Shown here piece by piece: positions 1 through 14,050 of a stretch of DNA of 64,000 nt. The stretch is from Amphiscolops sp. MND2022 (Eukaryota): contig OZ076409.1 of assembly GCA_964187785.1 (NCBI GenBank), forward strand, positions 52,268,001-52,332,000, given 5' to 3'. The position numbers and the translations under genes are program-made. Position 1 is the stretch's first letter; each line of letters begins with the position of its first letter. The notes under the pieces were generated by a model. That model saw only the letters and a list, made by a program, of their open reading frames with translations, ran no database searches and was not told the origin of the DNA.

Positions 1-1197
1 TCATATATGTGAATGGTTAATGTGTATAATTGTTTACAGGACTGACTGCACTGAAACGAAATCTGATGATGGCGTATCAGCCACATTACTTTCACTTCTA
101 ATTAAAATTCACGAAATTAATTTAAATGACATACGTAACTAATGTGTGAAATATGGGGGATAATAGTAAAGTTATTTAGGGACTGAATAGAAATGATGCT
201 TTTTAGCATATTCTAGTTCGAGTTTTATGATGTGGTTGACTTCACCACATTCTTTCCTTTCATCATCATCCTTTTACTGTTTGCATTTGTTTTGAGCTCA
301 GGTATGCAGGATGGTTGACCACATCCTTGTTTGATATTTTCATGCGTCAGGCATGACAATGAGTTGTCGCCGTACGGTCCTAAATGGAAATGAGTTCGGC
401 CATTGATCTCAAAGAATTCGGACACAAGATATCAAAACTCCAAAAAATCATAATTTCAATCATTGCGAAGTTCTTATCTAATTAAGTGTATTATCAGAGA
501 ACGGTGGTTGACTATTTCGAAAATAAACGTTTGTGGCCTTTTTAGATTCCCAGTCTACTGCAACTTTTTACAGTAATAGAATAGAAATCATGTTGTGATA
601 TGAACTCAAACTAATAAATTTCTGTATCAATCTGTGATGATAAAACGACCAATTTTGACATTGCATTGTGTCAAAAAAGCCAACAGTGGGGCCCTTTGGC
701 CTCTTCTACGTTTGTAAACATGGAAAAGTTTAGTGTAGCGCGGGATTCTAAAATGCACACCTGCTTTCAGGTCCCTTTTCAAGTCCATACAACCTCTGTT
801 CTGTAACCAAAGACTATGTTGCAATTTGTTTCCAACAATATGAATCCGGTCAGTCTAGTAATTTTAGGTGAGTGGCTTTTTGAGAAAAGGAATCCCGCTA
901 AATTTAAATCTTTGTTCCCTTGAAGAAGTGAAGTGTTTAGAAAATTTTCAAAAACTGAAACAGGGTACCAAAAAAAACGTTAAATGGCAGCGTTTTGTTC
1001 CTAAAAAGCACGTAAATTATTGCATTGTTTGAAAAATAACCACCATTCATGGTTCCACGAATTTGCACGCGGCGCTGGATTGATAGAATTGATCATCTAG
1101 TGACTTTATGAAAACAAAATTAGAAACAATTCAAAACCGAGCTCTTTATCTATAATAGTTCACAGGACACTCGGAATTGAAAAAAAAACACATTTTT

Positions 1198-1259
1198 TAA
1201 ACGATGTTGGTTTTTGCTTGAAGTGTATTTCCACTTCAAGCAAAAACCAACATCGTTTA
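1198..1259. repeat. Perfect inverted repeat (28-bp arms, 6-nt loop)
   Basis: taaacgatgttggtttttgcttgaagtg-tatttc-cacttcaagcaaaaaccaacatcgttta. Confidence 0.95.
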
Positions 1260-4200
1260 CAAAAATCGTTTCCAATTGACTCAAAAGTCCTTTCTATCTA
1301 TAACATTTGCATTTGAAGCGTTCAAATCGAGGACAACATTTTAAGGGAAGAAGGTAATTTACTCGAGCTGAGATACAAGTGGCGGATGACGTTTACGCGA
1401 AAGAAAAACTGGTCAGTGTTGTTAATAGATCTAGTAGCAGATCTACTAACAAACCACATTTGGCAGTAACTGCCGTCGATCAGACTATAAAAATACACAA
1501 AAACAAAAATCTACATTCCAAATCATCATCAAAATGACAATGTTTCAGAAGGAAAAAAATGATGACCTTGTGACCACGCAGGGCAGGGCAGGGCAGGGCA
1601 CTTCTGAGACGCGACACAACCATTGAACAGACGAAAAGATGCAACAGTGCCTTCCTCCACATTGCACGAAAGCAGCAGTCACTGGGTGGCATGACAGATA
1701 CTGGATTCTATCAGAAACAAGTAAGCCGTTTTCAGAGACTCACAAAAGCCGGGGAATTAAGTTGCTAAACAAAAACGACGAAAAGCCGGTCCACACCAAC
1801 CAGAAAGATAAATAGGGGCTCTGCATATTTCGATTCAAGTATGAAGGAATCACCAAATGAACGATTGGACTATTCAAAAAGTTATCTTTGACAAACACAC
1901 TAAAACCTGGGAGGTATCCTTCAATAAAAGACCAATAAAATATAAACAATTTCTCTGTTACAGAAAAAACAGTCTAGGATAACGCTGTGATAAGTACAAT
2001 ACGGCAAAGAAGGAATATACAGTGATACCCAATTACCACCTACTATCGAGCATAGGTCACCGAACCTACTGGAGGATGTTAGTTATGTCACCACTATCAA
2101 GAGGTCACAAGCATTTTTCAAAAGAAAATTATTGACAAACAAACTTTAACAAATCTCTTACCCATAGTAATTCAGTGTTATTAGCTTCTTCGCTTGAGAA
2201 AAAATTGTTAGATGGTTAACAGTTTTCATCCGAAATAATCATATCATTCATGAGTATAATCACTGCATGACTCAATCATGGTATAGATAACGTTTTAATA
2301 CGGATAATGACAAAAAGCGTTTTATTTGATTATGTGGGGATCAACCTGAAATTTATGTACGAAATCGAATATAACTGTTACGCCATGGTGCTTCGCAGTT
2401 CTTCAGACTGATTGGCCTACGTTGGTTTCTAAAACTTCTGCTTTGCTCAAACACCAATTAGCTAAAATGATTCAATGATTTGAAATTTTGCTAAATGTAA
2501 CGGCTTCTTCTGGTACACAATTTCAGTCAATTTTGGAACTGGAACATGATCAGAAGTTTGATGAAAAAATCTAATACGATGTGTAATATGGCACTAAGCA
2601 TGTGATTGCTCTTCTCGCTGTTTACGCAAATTTGAATGCAGAACGTGGACGAGAGCAAATTGAGCAAGAACACCGAGAACGAAATAGCTTGAGAGCTCGT
2701 AGAAAGACTCCTTTTTTGGCTCTAACTCGGTTTCTATTGATTTTTGGCATTATGCTGCCGTAAGTGGAGAAAACCGGAAAAATGAGTCTTTTCGCTTGAA
2801 GATCCTTGTATGGTACTTGGAGCCCCAGCTTGTAGCTATGTTGTCTCTGAGCTTGATATGTTGTTGTATGTAATTTCACTGGTTTTAGCTGCATTTTCTG
2901 GTTCAAGAGATAGTTTTTGCTGTCTTACAGGTTATTCACATGTTACACTAGAAATAGAAATTTAACCGATTCTTGGCATTGTTTTTATGTGCTAGTTAAA
3001 CGATGTTTTTTAGGGAGTCAGGAAGATGCCCGTTACTATTACCAATCAAAGACTAGGACCGGTTGGTAGGTAATCGTCAAAGCAGCCACGACCCCGGACG
3101 TATATTATCGTGGAGGCAAAATGGTTTTACAGGTTCCTCCACTTTTGTTACGACTATCTAACGGAGTGTTATTTTTAGCAGTAGTTTTGGTTCTTATTGA
3201 AGTTGATGTAGGTGCTATGAATGTTTTCTCAGGCTTTTCTGGCTTCGAGTTGTCATTTTGGACAAGAAACAATATGTTTTGAAGAATTTTGAATTTTTCA
3301 ACGAAAAGGTTCTTAATAAGGCAGGAAAGATATGAAAGAAAAAGTGGTCCTGAGTAGTGACAGGTTTAAAAATGCATATTTTCTTACTGGTGATATTGAC
3401 CGAGTAAATAATAATCCACCATTTTTTACAACATAGAACACAACGTAAAAAACACATTAAATATAGAACTGAACATCATGATCACGAAAAATACCTCAAA
3501 GCAGCAAAATAAAAACATCATGAGGGTTTAATAATATTACGAACCATAACATAAATGTACATCATTTTTGCAACTGCTACACTTTCTCGGTTGAATGAAC
3601 ATACTTTGGCAGCTTTTTCAATATAAGTCAACGTTACCCTTACGTCGCACTTTCCATGTTAAATGTAAAAACGGATATGTTGTATGTTCGAATCTAAAAG
3701 ATCTGTGTGACAAGTCAGAAAAACATAGATACGATGAATTGCTTTGCAATTTTCATTGGAAAAATAGGAGATACATTACCGTCTCTATGCACATACTTGA
3801 TTAGAGGTGATCCGTACGACACAGCCTTTTAAACCTAATTTCAACCTTTTTTTGAATCCCACAAACTTCATCATTCTCCAAACAATTCCCTTGAATTTAG
3901 CTTGCATTTTAATACTTATATCATTGTCTTAACGGAGACAGTTTTACAAGTGCAACGTAATGTCTCCGTGTGTATTAAGATTAGCTATAGCTGACCAAGG
4001 CGTGATATAGACGTTACGGCGAGCTTTCGAAAATCATTTCAATTCTCTTTTTAGTGAGGTCACAAAATGCCAATGTTTTGATGACGGAACAAAAATCATT
4101 CCATTTAGTTTACCACCGTAAATTCAATTGAAGTACTCCTGTTCAAAGCGCTAACAGCCGGGAGCGAGCTGTGACAACCTCTGCTTTGGTTAAGCGACTT

Positions 4201-6541
4201 ATCACTGCTGGCCGTTACAAAAATTACAAACTTATTTTTTTCATTTGAACAAACTCTTGTCTTTAAAGTTCTTCTCGAATAAATAGTCCTGAAGTTGACG
4301 CAACGTCAATATAGGTTCACAAAAGCCCAGCAATAGCATCTGAAATCATCTATCGAACAGCTTCCGTTTCATAAAAAACACGAAGTGCCAACTTCGCCTT
4401 GAAGTTGAGCGATTGAATGATCTTTGATGTGTTCTCCATGAATAGTTTTTTCCTGCCTTCGATCCCAGATATCCTGAACAACTTAACTCAATAATGCAAG
4501 AATCGCTAAAATAGTTTTTGACAGGATTTTGTGAACAACTCTGTTTCTCACAACAAATGGAATTTTTATAAATCAATCACTGAAAACTAAGAATACAACT
4601 TTTCAAATTAGGAACATGTGAAGGTGTTGTCTCTATTTGCTGGAAATTCCAAATCATTAACCTATTTAGGATGGTCCCTTTTTACATTGTTGTGGGACGT
4701 GTCCGGACTTTGAGTGTGCTTGCACGTCGCCCCGGAGCTCGAATGAGAAAAATCCTTCTAGGAGGCCGCATTTGGGACAAAATTTGATGTCTAGAGTTGT
4801 ACTAAGACCATGGTCTCCTGTCAAGGCAACCTAGGCATTTTCCCAGCTCTAGCATAAACGCTTCTAGCTTGACGTTACAAGGAAATGTCGAAAATAACAG
4901 TTCTGGTCACTTGGGAACGTTCGTGCAAAGAAACCAATAGGGCAGAAAACTTTTCAGAGTTTTAGAAGCTCTACATCAAAAACCAGTTCTTGCAGTGAGA
5001 ACACCCAGTATCATCAGGAACTAGAACTGGCAACGGAGAAACCACATTAAAACAGAATCTGTCTCCCGCAAGTTAGAGAGCGACAAGAAACAAGCAAATA
5101 AATCACTCACAAGATGGCTGAAGTTGTCAACTTTCTTCAATATGATAGATGTTAATGCTACATGCTTCTTGGATTTTTGCTAAGTGGTCTGACAAAAGCA
5201 GTTAAAAACACAATCGAAGGAGTTGCACTGAGTTAAATGTTACGTTACAACGTTTGCCTGCATCATTAATATTTCTTCTACTCACAAATCAAACGATCAA
5301 GTACAGCCCTTCGAAAATGAAGCCAAAATTGAATCAATGGAGGCCAAGCTAATTCCTCCGATTAACAAAATGTTGAAAAACTCTCGAAAACAAAAAGCAA
5401 AGCTTTTGCTCTGACAAAAAACTTTGAAAAAACACTGATGTCAAGGATGAGAACTTGATGATGGCTATGTTGTCGCAAGAGGGCGGAAATCTGTTCATAA
5501 ACGCAGGTCCAAGTGATATACAACGCAGTCAAGATTTTCGAATTCTCCAACTGCAGCAAGAACTTTTCTGGTTGATGAAGAAAGACGATTGACAATCTGC
5601 GTGAACTTGTTCCAAATGACCAAACGAAATCTTTGGGACACTCAGGTGATCTAAGTAATCGTCAGCGTTTGTTTCGAGGTTATGGCTGCCACGGTTGCCT
5701 AAATGACGCAGGCTACCATCTATGATGGTAATTGGTACTCAGTATCGTACAGTTATCATCGGGCCCTGCCTGGGACAATGCCCCTGGACTGAGTTAGAAT
5801 TTTCTAATTATAGACTTTTTAGTTATTTTGTTTGTGATTTTAAATTCACAATTATGATTTTGCTTTCCAAAAACATTATTTGTTGCATTTGGTACATGTA
5901 ATAATATTAAGATAGAAATTGAACACCAAGGCGTACAAGCAAGGAAACGTGTTCGAATGTTTTCTTGCTTGACGCAGCGGAAATCAAGTCCAAATAGGAA
6001 TTAGTCAATCAGAAGCTTTCACTTCATAATACCTCTCATATGTGCTCTCACTTCAATTGAATAAAGGCAAGTACGGCCTAGATGCTTTATTACGATAATT
6101 ACATGGTAGTTAGCTGGTTATGGCTTTATTTGTGGTTTTTTATTATGAAGCTGCAGTAATACACGATAGCGCTCTAGTAGAGTGCAGTTTGAATAAAGCC
6201 ATCTTCGGCATAAATGAAGTACGGACGGGACAGGCAGTTTGATACGACCTTTCTTGGTCCCATTGAAATATTGATACTACATGATTTTGTCCTTACATGA
6301 AGTTAATGTTGGAACGTACATTTAGTCTATGCAATTTTTATCCAGGATGTATAATCTAAAAACAGCCAAAACATTCCATTCCCCCCGTCTTTGGAGATGA
6401 ACTATATGAGACCAACAGGACGTTTGTCCTATTTATTGTATCAGTGCACATGTATACGAACATGTAATTAATCCAATGCATGTATATATTTGCTAAGGTT
6501 ACCGTTATTTTGAACAAACCTAGGAGGCCATGTAAACAAGT

Positions 6542-7345
6542 TGTAACGTCTAGGCTTTGATCCTATTTGAAGAGTATAGACTATTCCGAAGCGCTTTTTA
6601 TAGATTCTTTTTTAGTCGATTTGAGTCTATTTGTAGCATAATGATGACCTCAATTTGGAATGTCATCTATCCTGGGGTATATACAGACCGCGCCAGGAGG
6701 CTCTGACACAATCTATTTGTTAAGTTTGATAAGTATAGTTGTAAGTTTACAATCGTTATTTTCGTGGAAGAAATTATTACTCCCTCGTATAATTATGGTG
6801 CCATCCACAAGGTCACAGAACTCAAAAGCAAGAAAGTCTAGAGAGAAAAAAACGCTGTCCGAAATATAGACGTTTCGCTAGGTAGTAAGGATCCAATTGA
6901 TAGGGAGTTAGCAAATACTATCAACGTTTCCACCATTAACAATGCCAATGATGCCTTTTCCCAATAAAGAGGGAATTCTGCGCAAGAGAATGATTTTAGG
7001 GATTTTAGCGGTGAAAGCACATTTCCCAGGCATAATAGACTACTTGAGTCTATGGAAATATTCTCAAATGAGATTAATATGCGTCCCTTACAGGATATGG
7101 ACTCACTGATGTCAGTGAGGCATTTTCAGATCAATAGGGCTATGAATTCCGCTATCAATGACAGAGTAGAATTACAAAATATCATAGGTTCGCTGTCTCC
7201 AAGTTACCGCGACACTGAGTCAGGGTCGTACGGTAATGGTCAGGAAAACAATGATCAGACAAATGGGTTGAAAACATAAACATCAAAGAAAGACTCTAGG
7301 TCTGCATTTGATCTTAGGGACACTGTGAATCTAAGTCCTTACACT
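6542..7345 (+). mobile_element. Possible LTR-element-derived fragment with a decayed hydrophilic ORF
   Basis: Bounded by tgtaacg...cttaca (TG...CA); frameshifted ORF MVPSTRSQNSKARKSRE...MDSLMS...QINRAMNSAINDRV. No TSD or diagnostic domain seen. Confidence 0.3.
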
Positions 7346-7819
7346 AAATATCTATCGAGTGTTTGTCGGAATGTTTCAATAAAAATCTCAAGCTACATAT
7401 ATGATAGAATATCTTATTTTTGCCCAAAAATTATAACCCTTGGAACTTTTTTTGCTTCGGATTAAATATTAAAAGCGCATTGGGGTTGTTCCCTGTTCTA
7501 GCTCTATCATATTGCTGCATTTTCATTACATATAAAAAGAAATGCAATCACGCAGCTTTGACGAGTTTTGTTTTATTAGTATTCGTTTGAAATTATTTCG
7601 GCAGTAAAATATGGTGTCTTCATTTTTCTTCAGAAAAGTAATTCTTAATCGCAATCCATAATTATTCTGATTTCGTTCTTGCAGGATTATTGCATGTGAG
7701 ACAATTTTTGGCAATCCTGATGGCGGCTGGTTGTAGAAAAGCGTAGAGCCAAGGTTGCATATAGGTAAATGTTGTTGATTTTTCGTAGCTTTGCTCGGTA
7801 ATTGTTTTTTGTTCATCAA

Positions 7820-8220
7820 AGAGACGATTACAAAATCGTGTTAGAAAACCCTAAAAAGCAGGAAAATGCTGAAGCGGAAAAAAACTAGGGGTACAAATCA
7901 ACTCCTTGAAATGGTTTCTTCCTGGGTGATATCACCCAAAAGCGACGGTCAACGGTTTTGAATGCTTTTCAAAAGTTTGCCCGGGAATCAAAACGTCAAT
8001 AAAAGACGAACTAGTTGTTCTCGCATCATCGCTAGGTGTAAAAAGACAGGCAGGCCTTTTGGAAAAATTTGAACTGAAAAACGTAACAGAGATTCTTGAA
8101 AACTTACATGGGCATTACGGATTTCACATGTTGAAAAAATGTTTCAGTTTTCCTAAGCTTCTGTACTGTCTGCGAATCACGTCTTTTAATCATGAAACTT
8201 CTGGAGGAATACAACAATGC
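7820..8220 (+). mobile_element. Degraded CRE-like non-LTR RT fragment
   Basis: Visible nucleotide similarity to 18520-18930 (cctgggtgatatcac..cgacggtcaac; aaatgtttcagttttcctaag). Confidence 0.65.
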
Positions 8221-8429
8221 TAATTTTCAAATACGAACGTTGAGAATTACAGGCAAGGCTCACTTTTCTGCATCATCTCAAAAATTTTTGAACACTGCAT
8301 TTTTATCAACCTGTATGATTACTTGAAGCCTTTTCCAATGCATATCGTTTTGAATTCTGGAAACAGCGCTTGTAAAAAAACACTGTATTATACCTTTTAA
8401 AAGTTCACATAAGAAAACGGAGTATTGTA

Positions 8430-11400
8430 ACTTTATTAAAGGAACACTATAATTAAAATTGATGCAAGTTTAAAAGGTAATAGACAAGACGAAAAACTAT
8501 AGAGGCGATGAACGCTATTTAAATCGGTAGTTGCTCCAACATTTTTTCCATATTCAGGAAAATTGATTTCGGCTTTCATTTTTGTGAGATAGAAGTTTTT
8601 AATTTTGATTTTGGCAGTAGCGAAAAGGCAGTTTTTTGCGTATATTTTTTGGCAGGGTGTTCCACAGGGGTACAGTTTTCTTGAAAAAACTGTTTCTCAG
8701 AAAATCAGATCTACAAAAGATATTGAAGTAAAGAGTCTCGGTTCTGGATTGTTTTCGTATTTTGCCAGTCTCCAGTTGAGAGTCTCGGAACGCCGGGATT
8801 AGGTTGTTTTTCAATTTCCAAAAGTATGATATTGATTTGTTTTTAAGGAAATATCGGATCGGTAGGATGTTGTGTTTGATCTTAAGATCTGAGGATCGAT
8901 CGTATTTTGTTCGATTAAAACACGCTTTTATTCCCCAATTCAGTTGCTTCTCTATGGTCGTATTGAGATTTTCAGTTAGGCCATTCTACAAAATTGCCGG
9001 GTAGTGGAGATGACTGATTACGAGGGCATTCAAAAGCAGTAAACTTTTTTAGGAAAATAGTCTCTGATGGAATAGAGAGTTTTGATTCCGCATGCCATTT
9101 TCCGGAGTATATGCTTAACTTCTTCTTGGAATGTTAGATTTTGGTCCAGGTATACACCCAAATATTCGACGGTGCTACTTGAACAAATGACTTCATCTTA
9201 AACAATCAAGTTGGTATTTTTGTATTTATTATTTTTGGTTTGGAAGGTGATAAATTCGGTTTTGTCTGCGTTCCCTGTCAATTATTGGTTTTCAAAAAAA
9301 TCACAAATATTGTTAACCTTTAGTTCCAGTGATTTAGCTGCTGATTCAATTTTTTTACTTGAGGTAAAGACCATGGTATCATCCGCGTATTGCACAACGG
9401 AGCATTTGTGATCAATACAAGTATATAAACTGTTCACGTATATATTGAAGAGAAGAGACCCTAAAACTGTACCCTGTGGAACACCTTGATACATCTGGAT
9501 CCAATCAGAGGTGCAACTAGGAAGTAATACTTTTTGGATTCTGAATCTGAGGAAACTGTTTATCATTGATACTGCGTTGCTATCAAAAATTAGTGCTTTC
9601 AATTTTTCGAGCTGAGAATGAATCAAAAGCTTTAAAAAGATCTAGGAACGCAGCGCAAACAACTTCTATGTCGTTAATTTTCTTTCGTATGTTTTCGGTG
9701 GCATATAAGAGTGCATCCGTAGTTGAAAATTTCCTGCGAAAACCATATTGTGTATTGCTCAGCAGTTTATGCTGCGAAAGATATTCGGATATTTGTTCAT
9801 GTAGAACTTTTTCGAACAATTTCGCTAATGCGGGGGTGATAGAGATAGGCCTGTAGTTAATGGGATTTTCGCAGTCACCTTTTTTAAAAGTAGGGATTAC
9901 AAATGCTGATTTTAGGTGATTTGGGAACCTTGATTCTTCAATGAATGCATTAATTAAAAAACATAGTGGTTCAGCAATGATGTTTAAGCAGTCTTTCAAC
10001 GCCCATGCGAGTATATTGGACGGCCCTATGGGTTTGTTTTTATTCAAGATTTTTAGATGTCTCTTGCATTCATATCGTTTAATAGGATGAAACGTGAATG
10101 GTGCGCTATTTTTCGAATCGTGTGAGTTTTCAGTGAAGGGTTTCTGTTTTCCTAAGTAGTCGCCTAGTTTTGAAAACCTATATTTGAGTAAATTAGCTAT
10201 TTTTGTTTGGTCAGTTACGAGGTCGCCGAATGAGTTCCGTAAACTGTTTATTTCGGTCTTTGTCTTCTTACAATTACGGGCTTCATTTATAAAATTCCAT
10301 TTGTCTTTATCACTTTCAAGATTGTTAAAAACTTTGATCTGGTCCTGAAATCGATTCTCTTCAAAATTGTCTAGAAATTGACTATGTACTTTTTGGTAGT
10401 TCACATCATTGGGATCCATATTTAGTCTCATTTTATCATAGAGTTTAATAGTTTCAGCAGTTATCCATTTTTCGTGGAGCCATAGTTCATTTCTGTCGTT
10501 ACGAATGAAAACTTTCCTTATTTGTACGCATTCTCTCAAAGCATTTTCAAAACTATCAGTGAACGCTGGAAACATTCCTTCAGCGCAATTTTGATTAGAG
10601 AAGTTACTCCAATCCGAATCTGAGAGATGATTTCTCAAAATTTCAGGACGGTAATTCCGTTTATCGAAGATTCTTTTTGTTGTTACTCGTGCTTGAGGTT
10701 TCATTTTTATGTTTGTAATTGCCGTTGTAGCACGATGGTCCACTTCCGTTTTTTAAGGTTCTTAGCGGGGTGTCAGATACGTATGTGACTGCGCCTTCAA
10801 TCATTGGCAGATCTGAAATTATGTAGTCTACGAGTGATTTTGAAGTAGGTCCTATTCGCGTTGGTTCTGTTGTGTTAAGAATATGAAAGCCGTAAGGAAT
10901 TGTTATTGTTTCTAGGCATTGACGTTCTTTATGGTTAAAAATATTAATGTAGAAGTCGCCCATGAGAGTGATTGGTTCATTTTCAACGATAGCTATATCG
11001 ATGCTAGTTGATAATTCTTCCAGAAAAGGATCTATCAAAGATTTCGAAGGATTGTAGCTAATATTGATAAGCTGTCTGTTTTTATATGTAGGATCGTTAT
11101 TGAAATTACATTCAACCCAAAGACTTTCAAACTGGTTTTTATTCATGCAATTTAGGTCATTTCGTGACTTTGGGTTCAATGTTTTTGGTATTATAAGCAT
11201 AACTCCGCCTCCTTTTGTTTTGTTACCGAGTTTTCTATCGAACCTAAATGTTTTGAAGCGGTCTTTGTTCAATTCCCAAAGTTTTTGATCATTAGATTCT
11301 TTCAACCAAGTTTCCAATAATTGTTGTTGTCTCTACTAGGCCATTCAAGATGATCTGTATTTGTTCTTTTTTCTGTACGATACTTTGGCAATTGGCATGG

Positions 11401-11680
11401 AAAAATTTGGTATTCTTCGGTGCTTTTAGGAACTCTTGCGAAAGTTTTTTGAAGTTTACGGTCGGTCCAGGGTGCATTTCGATATCTCCCGAACCTAATA
11501 ATCGTTTGATTATGATTGAGTAAAGACCAGTCACTTTCACGGGCCACTTGAACAAACGTTTTTTCACAGTAAAATTTAGAAAGAGAGTGTGGAAAGTTGG
11601 AGCATCTAAGTAGTTATATAAAACATTTTAAGTAGTTATATAAAACATATAAAACATTATAAAACATATAATCAGCTTGT
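8430..11680 (-). mobile_element. APE-type LINE (L2/CR1 group) ORF2 with N-terminal 2A-like motif, endonuclease and RT; frameshifted
   Basis: GDIEMHPGP; APE motifs NCQS, ETWL, GGGV, MGDF, SLVDYII; RT motifs NYRPIS, QYGFR, LDLFKAFD, GVPQG, YADD, EYLG, spread over several overlapping ORFs. Confidence 0.92.
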
Positions 11681-11716
11681 GTGTGATTCAATATTTTATT
11701 TCCATGGTGATGATGT

Positions 11717-12780
11717 TTAGTTCGCTTGATTTTCGAAACGAGTTTCACGATATTTACACTGACTACGAAAAAACATTTGACAACGTTGATCACGGAATTT
11801 TTTCTCAAAAGTATTATGCTTTCGGAATCCGTAGGAAGTTTTCAACTTGATAAAATGCTGTTTGTCCGATAAATCAGAACCCGTAAGGGTGGATTGGGTA
11901 CTTTCCAAAGAAATTTCCGTAACTTATGGCGTACCACAATGGTCAATTCTGGTCAATGTACTCTTTGTTATTTACGATTATGATTCACGAGATAACTGTA
12001 AAAATGGTCAAACCCTACTATGTGCCAAAAATGCGAAGTTCAGCTTCACAAATAGCATTTATCTACTTCTTTAGCTCAACGTATCTCAAATTAAGAGATG
12101 GAGTCACAGAAACAAAGTAAAAGACAATGCAAAAAATCTGGTATTGATAATATCTCATGAGTTCAAGTGGATCAATCACATCAAAGCAGCCTTTAAAAGG
12201 CACTAAATGTTCCTTTGAACCTTGAAAGAAGCCTCTCTTATCTCCAAATGCCCGCAATGTTGAATCTATTTTTGTCAATAAACTATTTTTAGGATGTGCT
12301 CAGACTGGAACAGTAAAAATTCTATACTCCTTTCAAAATCAAACCTCCTACTAATCTCACTGTACATGCATTTACAAGAATTACTAACCGTGCACAAATT
12401 TCTTACAGGCCCTTTTGATTTCCATTTTACTCCACACCGTTTAAGAGTCTATGGTCGGGAAATCCGATCCTCCAATGAAATGAAATTCTGTCACTGGAGA
12501 CCTTGAAAACACCTAAGCAAGCAGAGCTTCTTTCAGAGAGCTGGTGCGCTGAGTTGAGATATTGCCTTCATCCATTGATATTAAGAGCGCATTTGTTCTG
12601 GAACAACACTCTCTCCTTATTCTTCAATCTCTTTTTCATGAGAACGGTCATGAGAATCAAATCGTCGGTTCTAGTTGGAGGACTTGTTAAACCAAAACAG
12701 AATTTTTGACTAAACGATAAAGTAAGACAGTCTCCGTTCAGAAGACGTCTGGCCGAACCCATACTACTACTATTACTACT
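11717..12780 (+). mobile_element. Degraded 5'-truncated LINE (CR1/L2-like RT) ending in a (TAC)n-like tail
   Basis: DYEKTFDNVDH, GVPQWSIL (decayed GVPQGSIL); tactactactattactact at 12762-12780. Confidence 0.75.
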
Positions 12781-14050
12781 AAATCCGTGAGAGACGTAAA
12801 CTTTGACATTTCGAGAGTTCAGTGGGCTCTTCCTGCGGAACTGTGTGTTCTAGGTTTTGTCATCCAATTCAAATATTGCACTTCCTGCCTTTTTGGCTTC
12901 AGCCATTTGTGTGAGTGAACTTCTAACGACTATTGCCTCGGAAACACAAGAGAGCCTTAGAAATGTTTGGTTTTCACCAACAAATAGGAGAGTCCTATTG
13001 ACGGGACTCAGAAACTTCACCCAAGTCGTGTTCCAGCGTACTCCTGGGAATTTGATAGCCAAAATGGGCGGAAAACGATTGAAAACTTTCAACTCTTCAA
13101 GTAATTTTGGTTGGCAGTGGTGATTGAATGTCGTTCCTTGTTAAAACGTATTCCTGAAGCCTGATGACCGGCAGCTAAGATTTTAAACTGGTCCACGTCT
13201 TTGAGAAAACATATGTGCAGCACACACACGCTAGAAAAGGGTGGTTTTTACGGTCCTTCTTGCAACTGAAGTGGGGTCGCTTCCCACGTCATGCTAATCT
13301 GAACCCGCTCTTGAAGCAGAGGTTGGGATCCCTCGACTTGCCTTAAATTCTAGAATCATTTCACCGTTGGAATGTGGACTGGACTAAACTGACGGCAAAC
13401 GCCCAGACGGTGCTAACAGGATTCGTTTGAAAACTGCTAAACAGTTGGAATAGGTTCAAGCCACTTGGTTTAGTACTGTTTGGCTTAATTTTAAGTTCGA
13501 GTCATTTGGCTCATTATTGGTTAACCAAATGACTTTAAGTGTAAGATTGTATTGTATAGTGAAGACTATTCTAACAATCAAATTTCCGAAATAGGTCTCA
13601 AACAGCAGAAGAGGTATATGGAGGGCACTAGGAGATGTGAACATAGCTGATTACGTTATAATAAGAATTTCGAAAAAATTCCACAACAAGTTTTCAGCTC
13701 AATGGTTCTCAGCCAAATGGAATTAAGCCGAGTGACATTTACCCAACACGCTTGGCTTCCAAAAGTTAGGCCAAGTGACCATTGGATTAAATCAAATGAC
13801 TTGAGCCAAATTTGAGACAAATTGTATTAGGCCAAGTGACCTTTTACTCTCTTTGGGTGGGAGTAGTGAAAAATTGCACAACGCCTCTGTAAATTTGTCT
13901 GTCGTTCGCAAAACGGTCAGCAAGCCGGTAGCTTTCAAAAGTAACGTGTCATTAGCTCAGCAAATCGACAGTGCGACATGTATACTAGGAAAAGTGAGAA
14001 AAGTGAGACAAAGAGACGCGTTTGAAGAAGTTCATTGCATATCGTATTGT
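12781..14050 (+). mobile_element. Degraded CRE-like RLE retrotransposon 3' fragment, interrupted by a MITE
   Basis: IALPAFLASA and DGKRPDG motifs; nucleotide similarity to 18940-19420 and 21800-21990. Confidence 0.8.
13453..13848 (-). mobile_element. MITE family A, diverged copy in reverse orientation
   Basis: Ends ggttcaagccacttgg / gccaagtgaccttttact resemble the termini of 19425-19984; subterminal CA(T/C)TTGGC repeats; shared core at 13621-13673. Confidence 0.7.

Noticed and set aside
225..3804. Short ORFs in the first 4 kb as exons of a second gene
   Set aside because: No recognisable domains and no consistent splice or phase chain.
4600..5600. Possible very old Gypsy integrase relic (GHLG-like)
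   Set aside because: Too decayed to support by eye; needs a translated profile search.
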